DNA from: an uncultured Elusimicrobia bacterium | Lineage (GTDB): Bacteria; Elusimicrobiota; Elusimicrobia; 2-01-FULL-59-12 | Reading direction: 5' to 3' | Assembly: GCA_964604825.1 (NCBI GenBank) | Contig: CAZSAL010000009.1 | Coordinates: 2,479-66,478, forward strand | Length of the DNA stretch: 64,000 bases | Part shown: piece after piece, positions 37,923 to 48,121 of the stretch | Layout: each line of letters starts with the position of its first letter | How positions within the stretch are numbered: position 1 is the stretch's first letter | The notes under the pieces: generated by a model | Databases searched by the model: none | What the model was told of the DNA's origin: nothing | Seen by the model: the letters and a program-made list of their open reading frames with translations, nothing else | Made by a program: the position numbers and the translations under genes

Positions 37923-37951
37923 GAAGAATTATAAGTGTTATCGTTCTTTGT

Positions 37952-38032
37952 GTCATTCCCGAGATTCATAATCGGGAATCCATCATAGAGGCCTTTATGA
38001 AGGGATCCCCGCTTACTGCGTGCGGGGATGAC
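37952..38032. mobile_element. GTCAT-family structured repeat, copy D (between pcm and metH)
   Basis: GTCATTCCCGAGATTCATAATCGGGAATCCATCATAGAGGCCTTTATGAAGGGATCCCCGCTTACTGCGTGCGGGGATGAC. Confidence 0.6.
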
Positions 38033-38034
38033 GG

Positions 38035-38679
38035 CTATTCTTTACCGAATCCGTACTCTCCAAGGAGGGGAACAAACTGGCAGCGGCAGATAACGGAACG
38101 CATCAGGCCTTTTTCGCGCTTTTCAATTAAAACCAGTTCCTGGTGATCGCGGCTGCCAATAGGCAGAAGCAGCTTTCCGTCAGGTGAAAGCTGATCAAGA
38201 TAAGGCGCGGGAATATCCGGCGCAGCAGCCGTGACTGTGATGTCGTCAAACGGCTCCTTCCCGGGAAGGCCGCCAGAACCGTCACGTTCGTATACAGTGG
38301 CATTTTTCAGGCCGAGACAATTGAGCCTTTGGCGCGCGCTTTCCGCTAATTCCGGCACAATTTCAATGGTGTCAACCTTTCGTGCCAGCAGGGCTAGAAG
38401 AACAGTCTGATAGGCGGAACCTGTTCCAATTTCAAGCACATGCTCATGGCCGTCTAATTTCAGAGCCTGAAGCATGATGCCGACCATATAAGGCTGGGAA
38501 ATGCTCTGTCCACCGGGGATAGGCAGTGCACGATCCTCATAAGCATGCCTGCGAACATCCTCCGGCACATAATTCTCGCGCGGCACGGTGGACATCACCT
38601 CAAGCACGCGCGGGTCATTAATACCCCGCTTAATCAGCTGGGATTCGACCATTTCGTTTCGAAGATCGGAGTAATTCAA
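38035..38679 (-). CDS. pcm: Protein-L-isoaspartate O-methyltransferase
   Basis: VLEIGTGSAYQTVLLA (SAM motif I), SQPYMVGIMLQAL, ~214 aa. Confidence 0.85.
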   Translation of the reverse strand: MNYSDLRNEMVESQLIKRGINDPRVLEVMSTVPRENYVPEDVRRHAYEDRALPIPGGQSISQPYMVGIMLQALKLDGHEHVLEIGTGSAYQTVLLALLARKVDTIEIVPELAESARQRLNCLGLKNATVYERDGSGGLPGKEPFDDITVTAAAPDIPAPYLDQLSPDGKLLLPIGSRDHQELVLIEKREKGLMRSVICRCQFVPLLGEYGFGKE

Positions 38680-38780
38680 AGTTTCCTCTAATCCGTCGCC
38701 CCGGCGATTCGTAGGCCGGGGTCTATCAGCAAGAACTCCTTTTTATGGGTCCCGGCCTGAGACCTGCCGGGACGACGTCT

Positions 38781-39362
38781 TTATGAAAAGTAATTGGGTT
38801 CAGTGCCCGCTTTCCATTTGATGTTGCAGCCCATGCTCGGTTTCTGATCTTTGCTGACCGCTTTTCCTGCAAGCACTGCATCGATTGCGGCTCGAAGGTC
38901 TTTGCCTGTAAGCGGCTTATCATTTCCCGGGCGGCTGTCATCCAGCTGGCCGCGGTAAACAAGCTTTCTTTCCGGCCCAAAAAGAAAGAAATCGGGCGTG
39001 CAGGCAGCAGTGTAGGCTTTTGCCGTTTGCTGGCTTTCGTCGTAACAAAAGGGGAAAGTGAAACCAAGCTCTTTTGCCATTGCTTTCAGGTTTTCAGGCG
39101 AATCATCCGGATAATTTTCCACATCGTTGGAACTGACAGCCACGATGCCTATGTCTTTTCCGGAATAATCTCCTGCCAACCTCTTGAGCTCGGGCTTAAT
39201 GTGCTGAACATAGGGGCAGTGCCGGCAGATAAACATCACCAACAGAGCCTTTTTCCCTTTAAAGTCGGCAGGGGTTATCGTTTTTCCGGACAGCACGTCG
39301 GGAAGTTGGAAGTCAGGCGCTGCGGTCCCGAGCGGCAGCATGGTTGAAGCTGTTAGAGACAT
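38781..39362 (-). CDS. Thioredoxin-fold thiol-disulfide oxidoreductase (TlpA/AhpC-TSA-like)
   Basis: CRHCP (CxxC) within a thioredoxin-like fold; ~190 aa. Confidence 0.6.
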   Translation of the reverse strand: MSLTASTMLPLGTAAPDFQLPDVLSGKTITPADFKGKKALLVMFICRHCPYVQHIKPELKRLAGDYSGKDIGIVAVSSNDVENYPDDSPENLKAMAKELGFTFPFCYDESQQTAKAYTAACTPDFFLFGPERKLVYRGQLDDSRPGNDKPLTGKDLRAAIDAVLAGKAVSKDQKPSMGCNIKWKAGTEPNYFS

Positions 39363-39384
39363 AAGATCCTCCTTTACTCATATT

Positions 39385-39464
39385 GTCATTCCCGAATTTT
39401 GTTATCGGGAATCCATCGATAAAGGCCTTTTTTAGGGATCCCCGATTAAGACCTCGGGGATGAC
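39385..39464. mobile_element. GTCAT-family structured repeat, copy E (divergent region between trx-like gene and gltX)
   Basis: GTCATTCCCGAATTTTGTTATCGGGAATCCATCGATAAAGGCCTTTTTTAGGGATCCCCGATTAAGACCTCGGGGATGAC. Confidence 0.6.
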
Positions 39465-39542
39465 ACCCATTGTGTATAGGAAAATTTTACCACTTAGACA
39501 CAAATCGGATTTGGTGATGTTCAAATAAGTAAAATAAATATC

Positions 39543-41045
39543 ATGTCTAACCCAATCAGGGTCCGTTTTGCACCATCACCGACCGGCTACCTGCATATAG
39601 GAGGAGCCCGCACTGCGCTCTTTAACTGGCTTTTTGCGCGGCACAACTCCGGAACCTTTATTCTGCGCATCGAGGACACCGATGAAGTACGTTCCACGGA
39701 AGAATCGGTCAGCGGCATTCTGGAATCCATGCGCTGGCTCGGCCTGGACTGGGATGAAGGGCCGGTTTACGACAAAACTCAGGGCATTCCTTCTCAGGTT
39801 AAGGGCGATAAAGGTCCGTACTTTCAAATGCAGCGCCTGGAGTTTTACCAGAAATTCTGTCAGCAGTTGATCGACGCAGGACACGCCTACCCCTGTTACT
39901 GTACGCCGGAGGAAGTGGAAAAAATGCGCCAGATGGCGCTATTATCGAAACGTCCTCCAAAATATGACGGGACGTGCCGCAATCTGACCACTGAAGAACG
40001 TGCCCGTAAAGAAGCTGAGGGCCGCAAAAAGTCCATACGCTTCAAGACTCCCCACGAAGGCATAACCTCTTTTTCCGATCTTGTACGCGGTTCAATGCAG
40101 TTTGAGAATAATCTGCTGGAAGATTTTGTCATCCAAAAGACCTCCGGCGTGCCTACATACAATTTTGCCTGCGTCGTTGACGATCACCTGATGGAAATCA
40201 GCCATGTTATTCGCGGAGACGATCATCTTTCCAATACGCCGCGCCAGGTTTTGATTTATCGGGCGCTGGGATGGGAACTGCCGCAGTTCGGACATCTGGC
40301 CATGATCCTTGGATCGGATGGTTCGCGCCTGTCAAAGCGCCACGGAGCCACCGCCGTACTCGAATATAAAGAGGCGGGCTACCTCCCGGAAGTGCTGTCG
40401 AATTATCTGGCATTGCTCGGCTGGGGAACGGAAAACAGCCAGCAGATCTTTTCGCCACAGGAGATGATTGACAAATTTTCTCTGGAGCGCTGCGGCAAAA
40501 GCCCGGCAACGTTCGACCCCAAAAAATTGCACTGGATGAACGGCGAATATGTCCGGAAGAAATCAGTGCCGGAACTTGCCGATCTGGCCTGGCCCTTTCT
40601 GTTCGCAGGAGGTGTCGCCAAACTGCACCCTTCTCCCGAAGAACGCGCAGCCGTTGAAAAGGCGATTGCTCTCGAGCACGAAAAAATAAAATTATTGACG
40701 GATGCGCCCAGATTGATCGATTTTCTGATCTGGGATGAATACGAATTCAAGGCAGAGGCGGTCGAGAAGGTTTTAAAGCAGCCCAATGTTGCGGAGATCC
40801 TTGAAGATCTGGCTAAACGTCTGGAGGCGCTGGAGCCTTTCGATGTCGCAGGCATCGAGGCTGTAGCTAGGGCATGCGCTAAAGACCGCGGGCTCAAGGC
40901 CGGAGGCACGTTCCATCCGCTGCGCGTAGCAGTTTCGGGCCGGACGGAAGGGCCCAGTCTTTTTCACATGGTTGAATTCCTGGGAAAGAAGCGGACAATC
41001 GAACGAATAAAGAGGGCCAGAACGTTACTGTCGTCCAAGGTTTAA
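39543..41045 (+). CDS. gltX: Glutamyl-tRNA synthetase
   Basis: RVRFAPSPTGYLHIGGARTALFNW (HIGH), KLSKRHG (KMSKS variant); 500 aa. Confidence 0.9.
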   Translation: MSNPIRVRFAPSPTGYLHIGGARTALFNWLFARHNSGTFILRIEDTDEVRSTEESVSGILESMRWLGLDWDEGPVYDKTQGIPSQVKGDKGPYFQMQRLEFYQKFCQQLIDAGHAYPCYCTPEEVEKMRQMALLSKRPPKYDGTCRNLTTEERARKEAEGRKKSIRFKTPHEGITSFSDLVRGSMQFENNLLEDFVIQKTSGVPTYNFACVVDDHLMEISHVIRGDDHLSNTPRQVLIYRALGWELPQFGHLAMILGSDGSRLSKRHGATAVLEYKEAGYLPEVLSNYLALLGWGTENSQQIFSPQEMIDKFSLERCGKSPATFDPKKLHWMNGEYVRKKSVPELADLAWPFLFAGGVAKLHPSPEERAAVEKAIALEHEKIKLLTDAPRLIDFLIWDEYEFKAEAVEKVLKQPNVAEILEDLAKRLEALEPFDVAGIEAVARACAKDRGLKAGGTFHPLRVAVSGRTEGPSLFHMVEFLGKKRTIERIKRARTLLSSKV

Positions 41046-41059
41046 AAAGGAGTCATTTT

Positions 41060-41431
41060 ATGGTAGAGGAACAGATTAAAGAAAGCGATGCTGATTTTCG
41101 ATTTTTGTCACTTACCATCTCTTTGGTAACTGCAGCCTGGTCACAGATGGGCAAGATCCCGCATCCTGTTTCAAAAAAGATAGAGAAAGACCTGCCGCAG
41201 GCTCAGGTATCTATTGAGTTTCTCCGCATGCTGCAGGAAAAGACAAAAGGGAATTTAAAACCTAAAGAAAAAGAACTGCTGGAAAACTCCATTACCGATC
41301 TGGAGCTCAATTACGCTGATGAGACTGCCAGGACGCCTGCAAAGCCGGAAGAGGCTAAGAAAGGCCCCGAAATCATCACGCCTTCAGGATCCGGCAAAGG
41401 GTCCGGCCCAGATATTATCAAACCTTCCTAG
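41060..41431 (+). CDS. DUF1844-like protein
   Basis: FLSLTISLVTAAWSQMGKIP...IEFLRMLQEKTKGNL resembles the DUF1844 family. Confidence 0.5.
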   Translation: MVEEQIKESDADFRFLSLTISLVTAAWSQMGKIPHPVSKKIEKDLPQAQVSIEFLRMLQEKTKGNLKPKEKELLENSITDLELNYADETARTPAKPEEAKKGPEIITPSGSGKGSGPDIIKPS

Positions 41432-41484
41432 GACTCCGACCCCTGTAGAAGTGTGGTAAAATCCTCAGGATTCCTGTGGTCAGC

Positions 41485-41557
41485 TCCGGGATCATCTAAC
41501 GGTAGGATGAGAGACTCTGAATCTCTTCGTCTAGGTTCGAATCCTAGTCCCGGAGCC
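41485..41557 (+). tRNA. tRNA-Gln (anticodon CUG)
   Basis: Manually folded cloverleaf: acceptor TCCGGGA/TCCCGGA (U1-A72, typical of bacterial tRNA-Gln), D stem ATCT/GGAT, anticodon stem AGAGA/TCTCT with loop CTCTGAA (anticodon CTG), T arm CTAGG-TTCGAAT-CCTAG, discriminator G, then an encoded CC. Confidence 0.8.
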
Positions 41558-41589
41558 GACCGCATACTGTACAATGCTGAGAGCTTGTC

Positions 41590-42270
41590 ATGAACCGCAT
41601 TCTAATCATCGAAGACGAAAAAGACATTGTCCGGCTGGTGAAATATAACCTGGAAAAACAGGGTTTTGAAGTTTTATCCGCATCTGACGGCGCATCCGGC
41701 CTGGAACTTGCGCGTAAAGAAAAACCCGACCTTATAATCCTCGATTTGATGCTGCCCAAAATTGACGGGCTGGAAATATGCCGGACACTGCGCCAGGATT
41801 CCCGGGTACCGATCATTATGCTCACTGCCAAAAAAGAGGAAGTTGACCGTGTGTTGGGGCTGGAACTCGGTGCCGATGACTACATGACCAAGCCATTCAG
41901 CATGCGTGAATTGCTGGTTCGTATAAAAAATATTCTCCGCAGGGCGCGGGCGGAGGAATCCTCCGTAGAGGCCTTCCAGTGCGGCGATTTGAAGATCGAC
42001 CTGTCGAGATACACGGTGAATTTGAAAGGCAAGCCGGTCTCTCTCAGCTCTAAGGAATTCGAGTTCCTGAAAATATTGATTCAGGCGCACGGCAAGGCGT
42101 TGACCCGTGATCAGCTTCTGGAGCGGGTCTGGGGGTACGATCGCTCCATGGATATTGATACGCGGACGGTGGATCAGCATATCGCGCGCCTCCGGGATAA
42201 ACTGGGCTCAGAAGCCAGGCGTGTTATCACAGTGAAAAATGTCGGGTATCGATTTGCTGTGGAAAAGTAG
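41590..42270 (+). CDS. phoB: OmpR/PhoB-family response regulator
   Basis: Receiver domain (IIEDEKDIV...DLIILDLMLP...MLTAK) plus a winged-helix output (LSSKEFEFLKIL...RTVDQHIARLRDKL). Lies in a pit/phoR context. Confidence 0.8.
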   Translation: MNRILIIEDEKDIVRLVKYNLEKQGFEVLSASDGASGLELARKEKPDLIILDLMLPKIDGLEICRTLRQDSRVPIIMLTAKKEEVDRVLGLELGADDYMTKPFSMRELLVRIKNILRRARAEESSVEAFQCGDLKIDLSRYTVNLKGKPVSLSSKEFEFLKILIQAHGKALTRDQLLERVWGYDRSMDIDTRTVDQHIARLRDKLGSEARRVITVKNVGYRFAVEK

Positions 42271-42306
42271 ATAGGTGTTCATAAAACACAAAAAGGGAGA
42301 TACGCA

Positions 42307-42933
42307 ATGGGTTTTAGCCTCATTCCAAAAGATGAGAAATTTTTTGATTTGTTAGAAGAAGCTTCCGATAACGTTATTCATTCCGCCTCCGTTTTTCGGG
42401 ACATGGTGGCCACCTGGCAGCAGAGTAATGAAAAAGCCAAAGAAATCCGCGAATTGGAACATGCAGGCGACCGTATGACCCACGAAATATTCAACAGACT
42501 CAACCGCACATTTATCACCCCGATTGATCGGGAAGATATTCATGCTTTGGCCAGCGAACTGGATGATGTCGTGGACATCATCCAGTCCACTACTGATCGG
42601 ATGTTGCTTTATCGCATCGATTCCACGTCGGCTTCTTTGGTTAACATGGCGAATGTCCTGCTGCAGTCGGCTGAAGTTATCGGGAAAGCGGTCAAGAGCC
42701 TCCGCGATCTTACGCACAGCCGCCGCACGCTGGATTTTTGCATCGAAGCGAACCGGCTGGAAAATGAGGGCGACGTATTTCTGAAGACCGCCATAGGAGA
42801 ACTTTTCGCCAACCAGAATAATGTGCTGGAAATCATTAAATGGAAGGAAATATACGAAGCCACTGAATTTGCCATCGATAAGTGCGAAGATATAGCCAAT
42901 ACTATCGAAGGCATTATCGTTAAAAACGCCTGA
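42307..42933 (+). CDS. DUF47 (PhoU-like) phosphate transport accessory protein
   Basis: ~208 aa; helical PhoU-like repeats; the canonical DUF47-PiT pairing with the next gene. Confidence 0.65.
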   Translation: MGFSLIPKDEKFFDLLEEASDNVIHSASVFRDMVATWQQSNEKAKEIRELEHAGDRMTHEIFNRLNRTFITPIDREDIHALASELDDVVDIIQSTTDRMLLYRIDSTSASLVNMANVLLQSAEVIGKAVKSLRDLTHSRRTLDFCIEANRLENEGDVFLKTAIGELFANQNNVLEIIKWKEIYEATEFAIDKCEDIANTIEGIIVKNA

Positions 42934-42935
42934 TC

Positions 42936-43943
42936 ATGCTGGCCCACCTGGTTGCCGCACCTCATTACGTTCTCCTGATCATCGTTATTGCTTTGTGCTT
43001 TGATTTTATTAATGGGTTTCACGATTCCGCGAATTCCATCGCAACCGTAGTATCGACGCGCGTTTTAACCCCCCGATTAGCCGTGGCATGGGCCGCTTTT
43101 TTCAATTTTGTCGCAGCTTTCGGTTTTGGTGTGAAAGTGGCGAAAACGATCGGCAAAGGCGTAATCCATCCCGGTGTTGTGGATTCGCATGTGATTTTTG
43201 CCGCTCTTATCGGGGCGATAATTTGGGACCTGATAACCTGGTATTATGGCCTGCCCACCAGTTCTTCTCATGCTCTGATTGGCGGTTTTGCTGGGGCGGC
43301 CATAATTAAAGCGGGGTGGTCCTCGCTTATCGCCGAAGGGTTCATAAAAATCGCAGCCTTCATTGTGATCTCTCCGGTTATGGGACTGGTTTTCGGCTTT
43401 CTTCTGATGGTGCTGGTGCTGAATTTGGCAAAAGATTTTACTCCGGACCGCGTGGACAGATTCTTTCGAAAAGGTCAATTGTTTTCCGCCGCTCTCTACA
43501 GCCTGGGGCACGGCACGAATGATGCCCAAAAAACAATGGGATTAATATACATATTGTTGATATCCAGCCGCCTTATCCCTGAATCAGCCGGTGTGCCGAT
43601 ATGGGTGATATTGAGTTGCCATGCCGCCATAGCTCTGGGAACGTTTTTTGGCGGTTGGCGGATAGTAAAAACTATGGGTCAAAAAATCGCCAAGCTCAAA
43701 CCGGTTGGTGGATTCTGCGCTGAGACCGGAGGCGCAATTATGCTTTTAGGTACTGCGGCGGCCGGTATTCCGGTCAGTACTACTCATACGATTACGGGAG
43801 CGATCATGGGGGTTGGATCCACCCGACGCTTGTCAGCGGTGCGCTGGGGTGTTGCTACGCGTATTGTCTGGGCTTGGGTTCTGACAATCCCTGCGGCTGC
43901 CATGACGGCTGCGGCCAGTTATAAGTTAATAATGTTATTTTAG
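42936..43943 (+). CDS. pitA: Inorganic phosphate transporter, PiT family
   Basis: NGFHDSANSIATVVSTRVL and a second GTNDAQKTMG repeat (the two PiT signature repeats); polytopic. Confidence 0.8.
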   Translation: MLAHLVAAPHYVLLIIVIALCFDFINGFHDSANSIATVVSTRVLTPRLAVAWAAFFNFVAAFGFGVKVAKTIGKGVIHPGVVDSHVIFAALIGAIIWDLITWYYGLPTSSSHALIGGFAGAAIIKAGWSSLIAEGFIKIAAFIVISPVMGLVFGFLLMVLVLNLAKDFTPDRVDRFFRKGQLFSAALYSLGHGTNDAQKTMGLIYILLISSRLIPESAGVPIWVILSCHAAIALGTFFGGWRIVKTMGQKIAKLKPVGGFCAETGGAIMLLGTAAAGIPVSTTHTITGAIMGVGSTRRLSAVRWGVATRIVWAWVLTIPAAAMTAAASYKLIMLF

Positions 43944-43965
43944 CGGTCTCGGAGTCCGGGGAAAT

Positions 43966-45738
43966 ATGCATTTTACCTTCGCCAAAAAACTTACCTTAAG
44001 TTATCTGTTTGTCGTCCTTGTAACACTTGTCTTGACAGGACTGTTGTTCACCCGTCGTCTCCGGTCCGATTTTATTTCACACCTGGAACAATCGCTCGTC
44101 TCACAGGCAATTCTCACCCGCGCCGACACGATGCCCGCCTTTGAACAAAAGGTCGGGGCATATCAGTCCATAGTTCAGGCTCTGGCCAGGGAAACAGGAT
44201 CTCGGATTACTTTGATTCGCGCGGATGGAACCGTCATATCGGATTCCGAACAGGATCCCGGCGAATTAGCCGGTATGGAAAATCATCTGATGAGACCGGA
44301 AGTTCAGGCTGCCCTGAATACGGGCAGTGGTAAAGCGATACGCTACAGCAAAACCCTCCAAGAAGACATGCTTTATGTGGCTGTGCCGGCAGTATCCTCG
44401 GGAAAGCTTAATGGAGTTGTGCGAACCGCGTTGCCTCTGACTGAAGTAAACCGGCGGATTTCAACCTTTCAGAAAGATCTGCTTCGTGCAGGAGCAGCAG
44501 CCATGATCTTCGCACTGGCTATCGCGGTGCTGTCTGTTCGGCGCGTCAGCAGACCGCTTGAAAAATTGACTGATCTGGCGCAAAGGATTGGGAGAGGGGA
44601 ATATCCAGCCGAACAGTCTGTCGAAACGCCTGACGAATTTGGTCAACTGGCCAAAACGCTGGTTGAAATGTCTAAACGTATTCAGGAAAAGGTTCAGGAG
44701 CTGAATCTTGAACGCACCCAACTGGCGGCGATACTTTCGGCCCTTGTTGAAAGCGTGATCGCTGTTGACCACGAAGGAAAAATTCTCTTTTTGAACCCGG
44801 CTGCCGAGAGTCTGTTCCGCGTAAGTGCTTTGCAGGTTAAAGGCCGTCCAATGCTGGAAGCGCTCCGGCACAGTGTGTTGAGTGACGTTATCGCTAAAAC
44901 GCTGACCGGCAAAAAAGTTGTTGCTGAGGAAATAACGGTCCATTCTCCGGAAGAACATATCCTTGCCGTTCAGGCTCTGCCCGTGGCTTATGGCGAAGGG
45001 CGGACAGGGATACTGGTCGCGCTCAACGACATTACGGATCTGCGGAAGCTTGAACGCGTACGGCAGGAATTCGTTGCCAATGTTACGCATGAGCTCAAAA
45101 CGCCGCTGACGTCAATCAAAGGATTTACGGAGACGCTTCTGGATGGCGCGCTGGAAGACCCTTCTCATAACCGGGAGTTTTTAACGACAATCCAGGAACA
45201 TGCGACCCGCCTTGGGTTTCTGATTGATGACCTGCTGGATCTGGCGGCAATCGAGGCGAAAAGAATGGAGTACCGGTTCGAATCGGTCTCGGTGCCTGAT
45301 GTCGTAGAGCGCATCTTAAAAGGGCTTGCACCCATGGCAAAAGGAGGAAAAATCCAGATTCAAAACGATCTTTCTCCTTCTTTGCCAAAAGTACGAGCTG
45401 ACCGCGATAAACTGGCGCAGGTTTTTATCAACCTGATTGATAATGCCATTAAATTTAACAAACCTAATGGCTTGATCAAGATTTCCGCTGAAGCAAAGGG
45501 GAAAAACCTGGTTATTTCCGTGCGTGATTCGGGAATTGGAATTCCACAAACGGACCTGCCTCGCATCTTTGAGCGATTTTATCGGGTCGATAAGGCCCGT
45601 TCCCGAGAAATGGGGGGCACTGGCCTCGGCCTTTCCATTGTGAAACACTTGGTTGAGGCCCATCATGGGACGGTGAGCGTCCAAAGTATCGTTGATCAAG
45701 GTTCCAATTTTACTGTAAGCCTGCCTTTGGCGCTCTAG
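43966..45738 (+). CDS. phoR: Sensor histidine kinase (PhoR-like; TM, HAMP, PAS, HisKA, HATPase)
   Basis: ANVTHELKTPLTSIKGF (H-box), NLIDNAIKF (N), DSGIGIP (G1), GGTGLGLSIV (G2); an N-terminal TM/periplasmic loop and a PAS domain. Confidence 0.8.
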   Translation: MHFTFAKKLTLSYLFVVLVTLVLTGLLFTRRLRSDFISHLEQSLVSQAILTRADTMPAFEQKVGAYQSIVQALARETGSRITLIRADGTVISDSEQDPGELAGMENHLMRPEVQAALNTGSGKAIRYSKTLQEDMLYVAVPAVSSGKLNGVVRTALPLTEVNRRISTFQKDLLRAGAAAMIFALAIAVLSVRRVSRPLEKLTDLAQRIGRGEYPAEQSVETPDEFGQLAKTLVEMSKRIQEKVQELNLERTQLAAILSALVESVIAVDHEGKILFLNPAAESLFRVSALQVKGRPMLEALRHSVLSDVIAKTLTGKKVVAEEITVHSPEEHILAVQALPVAYGEGRTGILVALNDITDLRKLERVRQEFVANVTHELKTPLTSIKGFTETLLDGALEDPSHNREFLTTIQEHATRLGFLIDDLLDLAAIEAKRMEYRFESVSVPDVVERILKGLAPMAKGGKIQIQNDLSPSLPKVRADRDKLAQVFINLIDNAIKFNKPNGLIKISAEAKGKNLVISVRDSGIGIPQTDLPRIFERFYRVDKARSREMGGTGLGLSIVKHLVEAHHGTVSVQSIVDQGSNFTVSLPLAL

Positions 45739-45848
45739 CCAACAACAGATCCTTTACCTACGTGTAGCCGCCTGGAAACCTAAACTCAATCCCAAATCGA
45801 TTCAACAGTACGCCCCTCTTTTAATAGAGGATATTTTTGTCACACAAA

Positions 45849-45892
45849 TGTTACGTGGTTGTTACGGCAACGTTACAAACAACATTTATAAT
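45849..45892 (+). promoter_or_regulatory. Three 7-mer direct repeats at 11-bp periodicity (TGTTACG-tggt-TGTTACG-gcaa-CGTTACA) followed by TATAAT: OmpR/PhoB-type response-regulator site plus -10
   Basis: Repeats at 45849-55, 45860-66, 45871-77; TATAAT at 45887-92; an inverted copy CGTAACA at 45902-08. Sits between phoR and the 682-aa ORF. Confidence 0.5.
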
Positions 45893-45948
45893 TCTCCAAT
45901 ACGTAACATTGCGCGTCGTTATAAAAAGGGAGAAAGAAAAACCAACAC

Positions 45949-47997
45949 TTGGTTCTTTCACCTCTTTTTCAACGGTTTGTAACGCAGAATATAGTCCTTC
46001 TTTTTCTCTGCAATCCTCTGTTTGATGGTTGTTTAAATTTGGATCCATTTCAGGGACTTTCTCCTGCGCAATTCTGGCTCAGAAACCATTATCCCTCGCT
46101 CCTTACCGCAAAAGCGCTGCAGCAGCATTACGACGATCTTTTGAAAGGTTACGAAGTTCCTCAGACCGGTCTTTTCTTGAGCTTTCCTGAAACGTCAGAT
46201 CAACGTCTTGTCCAGCAGGCCTCTACTTATGATCAGGGTGTTATGGGAATTCTGCTGCTTAAACTGCACGACTTTAAGCGCGTCGCGGCCATCCTGCGGT
46301 TTTATCAGCATGCGTGGCAGGAGGCCAAAGAACGCAGCGGCCCGCGAAAAAACGTATTTGGTTTTGCCAACTTCTACAATGCCTACTACGGTGTTGAAGG
46401 AGTAGAAAAGACCATGCATGTCGGGCCGAACGTCTGGATCGGTCTTCTCGCGTCGCGCTATTATCGCCGGACCGGCGAGATCTGGGCGCGCGACCTGGCG
46501 CTTGAAATAGCGCGTTGGGAAATCCGGAGCGTTCCCCATACAGACGGCGCGGTAGCCATGGGTGAAATTCCCTGGAACGGCGCTCCCTGGTCTAATATTT
46601 ATTCGACAGAAAATAATATCAGTACCTACGCGTTCCTCTCCGATTTGCTCAAGGGGGAATCCCTTCCACCGGCAGACATGGAGTTAATCCGCAAAGAACG
46701 CAAAGCGATCGGCCGCTGGCTTTTGACCAAAGCCTATCATACGGACCAGAACGCTGTGATCCGCGGGTTCAATCCCGGCGGTGTTGACGATATTCCCGCA
46801 GTGGATTCCTATACCTGGTACATCGACGCCCTGCGGCCGGGGACATTCGAAAAAATGGGAATTCCTCTGCGCCGTCTGATGAAGCGCCTGCACGAAGAAT
46901 TCTTGGTGAAGGTAGGTCGTTTAAAAGGCATTGATTGCGTTGATCAGCGGACGGCAAAAGCCACTTATGAAGATGCGCTGCATGAACGTATCATGGATCC
47001 GAATTGGCATCGCCCCGAAGGAGACGATCACCGTCTGATCTGGTACGAAGGAACAGGACAGTTTATTGTAGCGCTGCAGGACATGGCGGTTCATGCCGTG
47101 AACCAGGCTTTTGAACTCCCGGAAGGTCCGCAGCGCGACCGGGTTCTTGGTGTGGCCGAAGGCTGGCTGCAGGAGGCAAAAGAATACGCCGATGCCATGG
47201 ATGCCGCCGCTTTCCGCACGGAAGCCTCCGGTGTCAGCTATCCACTCGCTACAAGGGGAAGATTTTATCTGTTCGGCTGGCCCGCTCCGCAGCCGGCAAG
47301 AGATCATCCTGCTAATGCCGTGGCGCCTTTGGCCTGGCGGATTTTTGCCGGGATGGGCTATGAACCCTTATCTGATACGGATCTTAAACCTTCAGGGAAG
47401 TGGTACGTAAAAAAAGCGTCGTATCATTATGAAACGGTCCGCGATCCTGGAACGGAAATCCTTTATGGCGCCAGCGAGGAAATGTCTATCAGGGCCTGGC
47501 AGCTGTTCGAGTCCGGGCTATACGACAAGGCCTGGAGGCAATCGCGGGCGACGATCCACCTGTGGGAAGAAGACGCCGGAAGGCTGGAAGCGCGCAAAGA
47601 GAAGGCAGTGGGCGGCTTTCTTTTCTATGACGGCACGGTAGCATCTTTTCAGCGCATTCACGATTACTGGGCGCTCAATGACGTGGCCGCCAGCTATTTT
47701 GTCTGCGCGGAGATCTGCGATCGCGAGGGGCGCTATCAGGAAGCAAAAATCATCTTTTCTCACATCTTAAAGGATTTTACGCTGGCCCAAATTTGGGATA
47801 AACGGGGCTGGTTCTGGACGCCTGCTGAGACCATCGCCGAGGATTTCATCGCACCGTTTCCTGAACGTTACTCTGAGCTTATGGCTGATGTCCCGGAAAC
47901 GTTCAGGATCAATCCCCGATTTATTCCCGGATGGAATTCAACTCCTCAAGCAATGGCAGCCAAGACTCCGCAGTGGTATTACGACGCAATCCAATGA
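45949..47997 (+). CDS. Hypothetical protein (682 aa), candidate Pho-regulated
   Basis: Long ORF with no recognised motif. Preceded by an 11-bp-periodic direct-repeat site plus TATAAT. Start uncertain (TTG 45949). Confidence 0.45.
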   Translation: MVLSPLFQRFVTQNIVLLFLCNPLFDGCLNLDPFQGLSPAQFWLRNHYPSLLTAKALQQHYDDLLKGYEVPQTGLFLSFPETSDQRLVQQASTYDQGVMGILLLKLHDFKRVAAILRFYQHAWQEAKERSGPRKNVFGFANFYNAYYGVEGVEKTMHVGPNVWIGLLASRYYRRTGEIWARDLALEIARWEIRSVPHTDGAVAMGEIPWNGAPWSNIYSTENNISTYAFLSDLLKGESLPPADMELIRKERKAIGRWLLTKAYHTDQNAVIRGFNPGGVDDIPAVDSYTWYIDALRPGTFEKMGIPLRRLMKRLHEEFLVKVGRLKGIDCVDQRTAKATYEDALHERIMDPNWHRPEGDDHRLIWYEGTGQFIVALQDMAVHAVNQAFELPEGPQRDRVLGVAEGWLQEAKEYADAMDAAAFRTEASGVSYPLATRGRFYLFGWPAPQPARDHPANAVAPLAWRIFAGMGYEPLSDTDLKPSGKWYVKKASYHYETVRDPGTEILYGASEEMSIRAWQLFESGLYDKAWRQSRATIHLWEEDAGRLEARKEKAVGGFLFYDGTVASFQRIHDYWALNDVAASYFVCAEICDREGRYQEAKIIFSHILKDFTLAQIWDKRGWFWTPAETIAEDFIAPFPERYSELMADVPETFRINPRFIPGWNSTPQAMAAKTPQWYYDAIQ

Positions 47998-48121
47998 TCC
48001 CTCATAATGTGACAACTGCATGACAAAAAGTCCCGAAATTTCATGGGACCTTTTGCCCTCGATTTTTAGCCCTTCGCTCTATCGATAAATTCCCTGCATC
48101 CAGCTACAATCTTCTCGTCGA

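Noticed and set aside
44461-45090. 209-aa minus-strand ORF inside phoR
   Set aside because: Antisense to the histidine-kinase gene, which has all its H/N/G1/G2 boxes.
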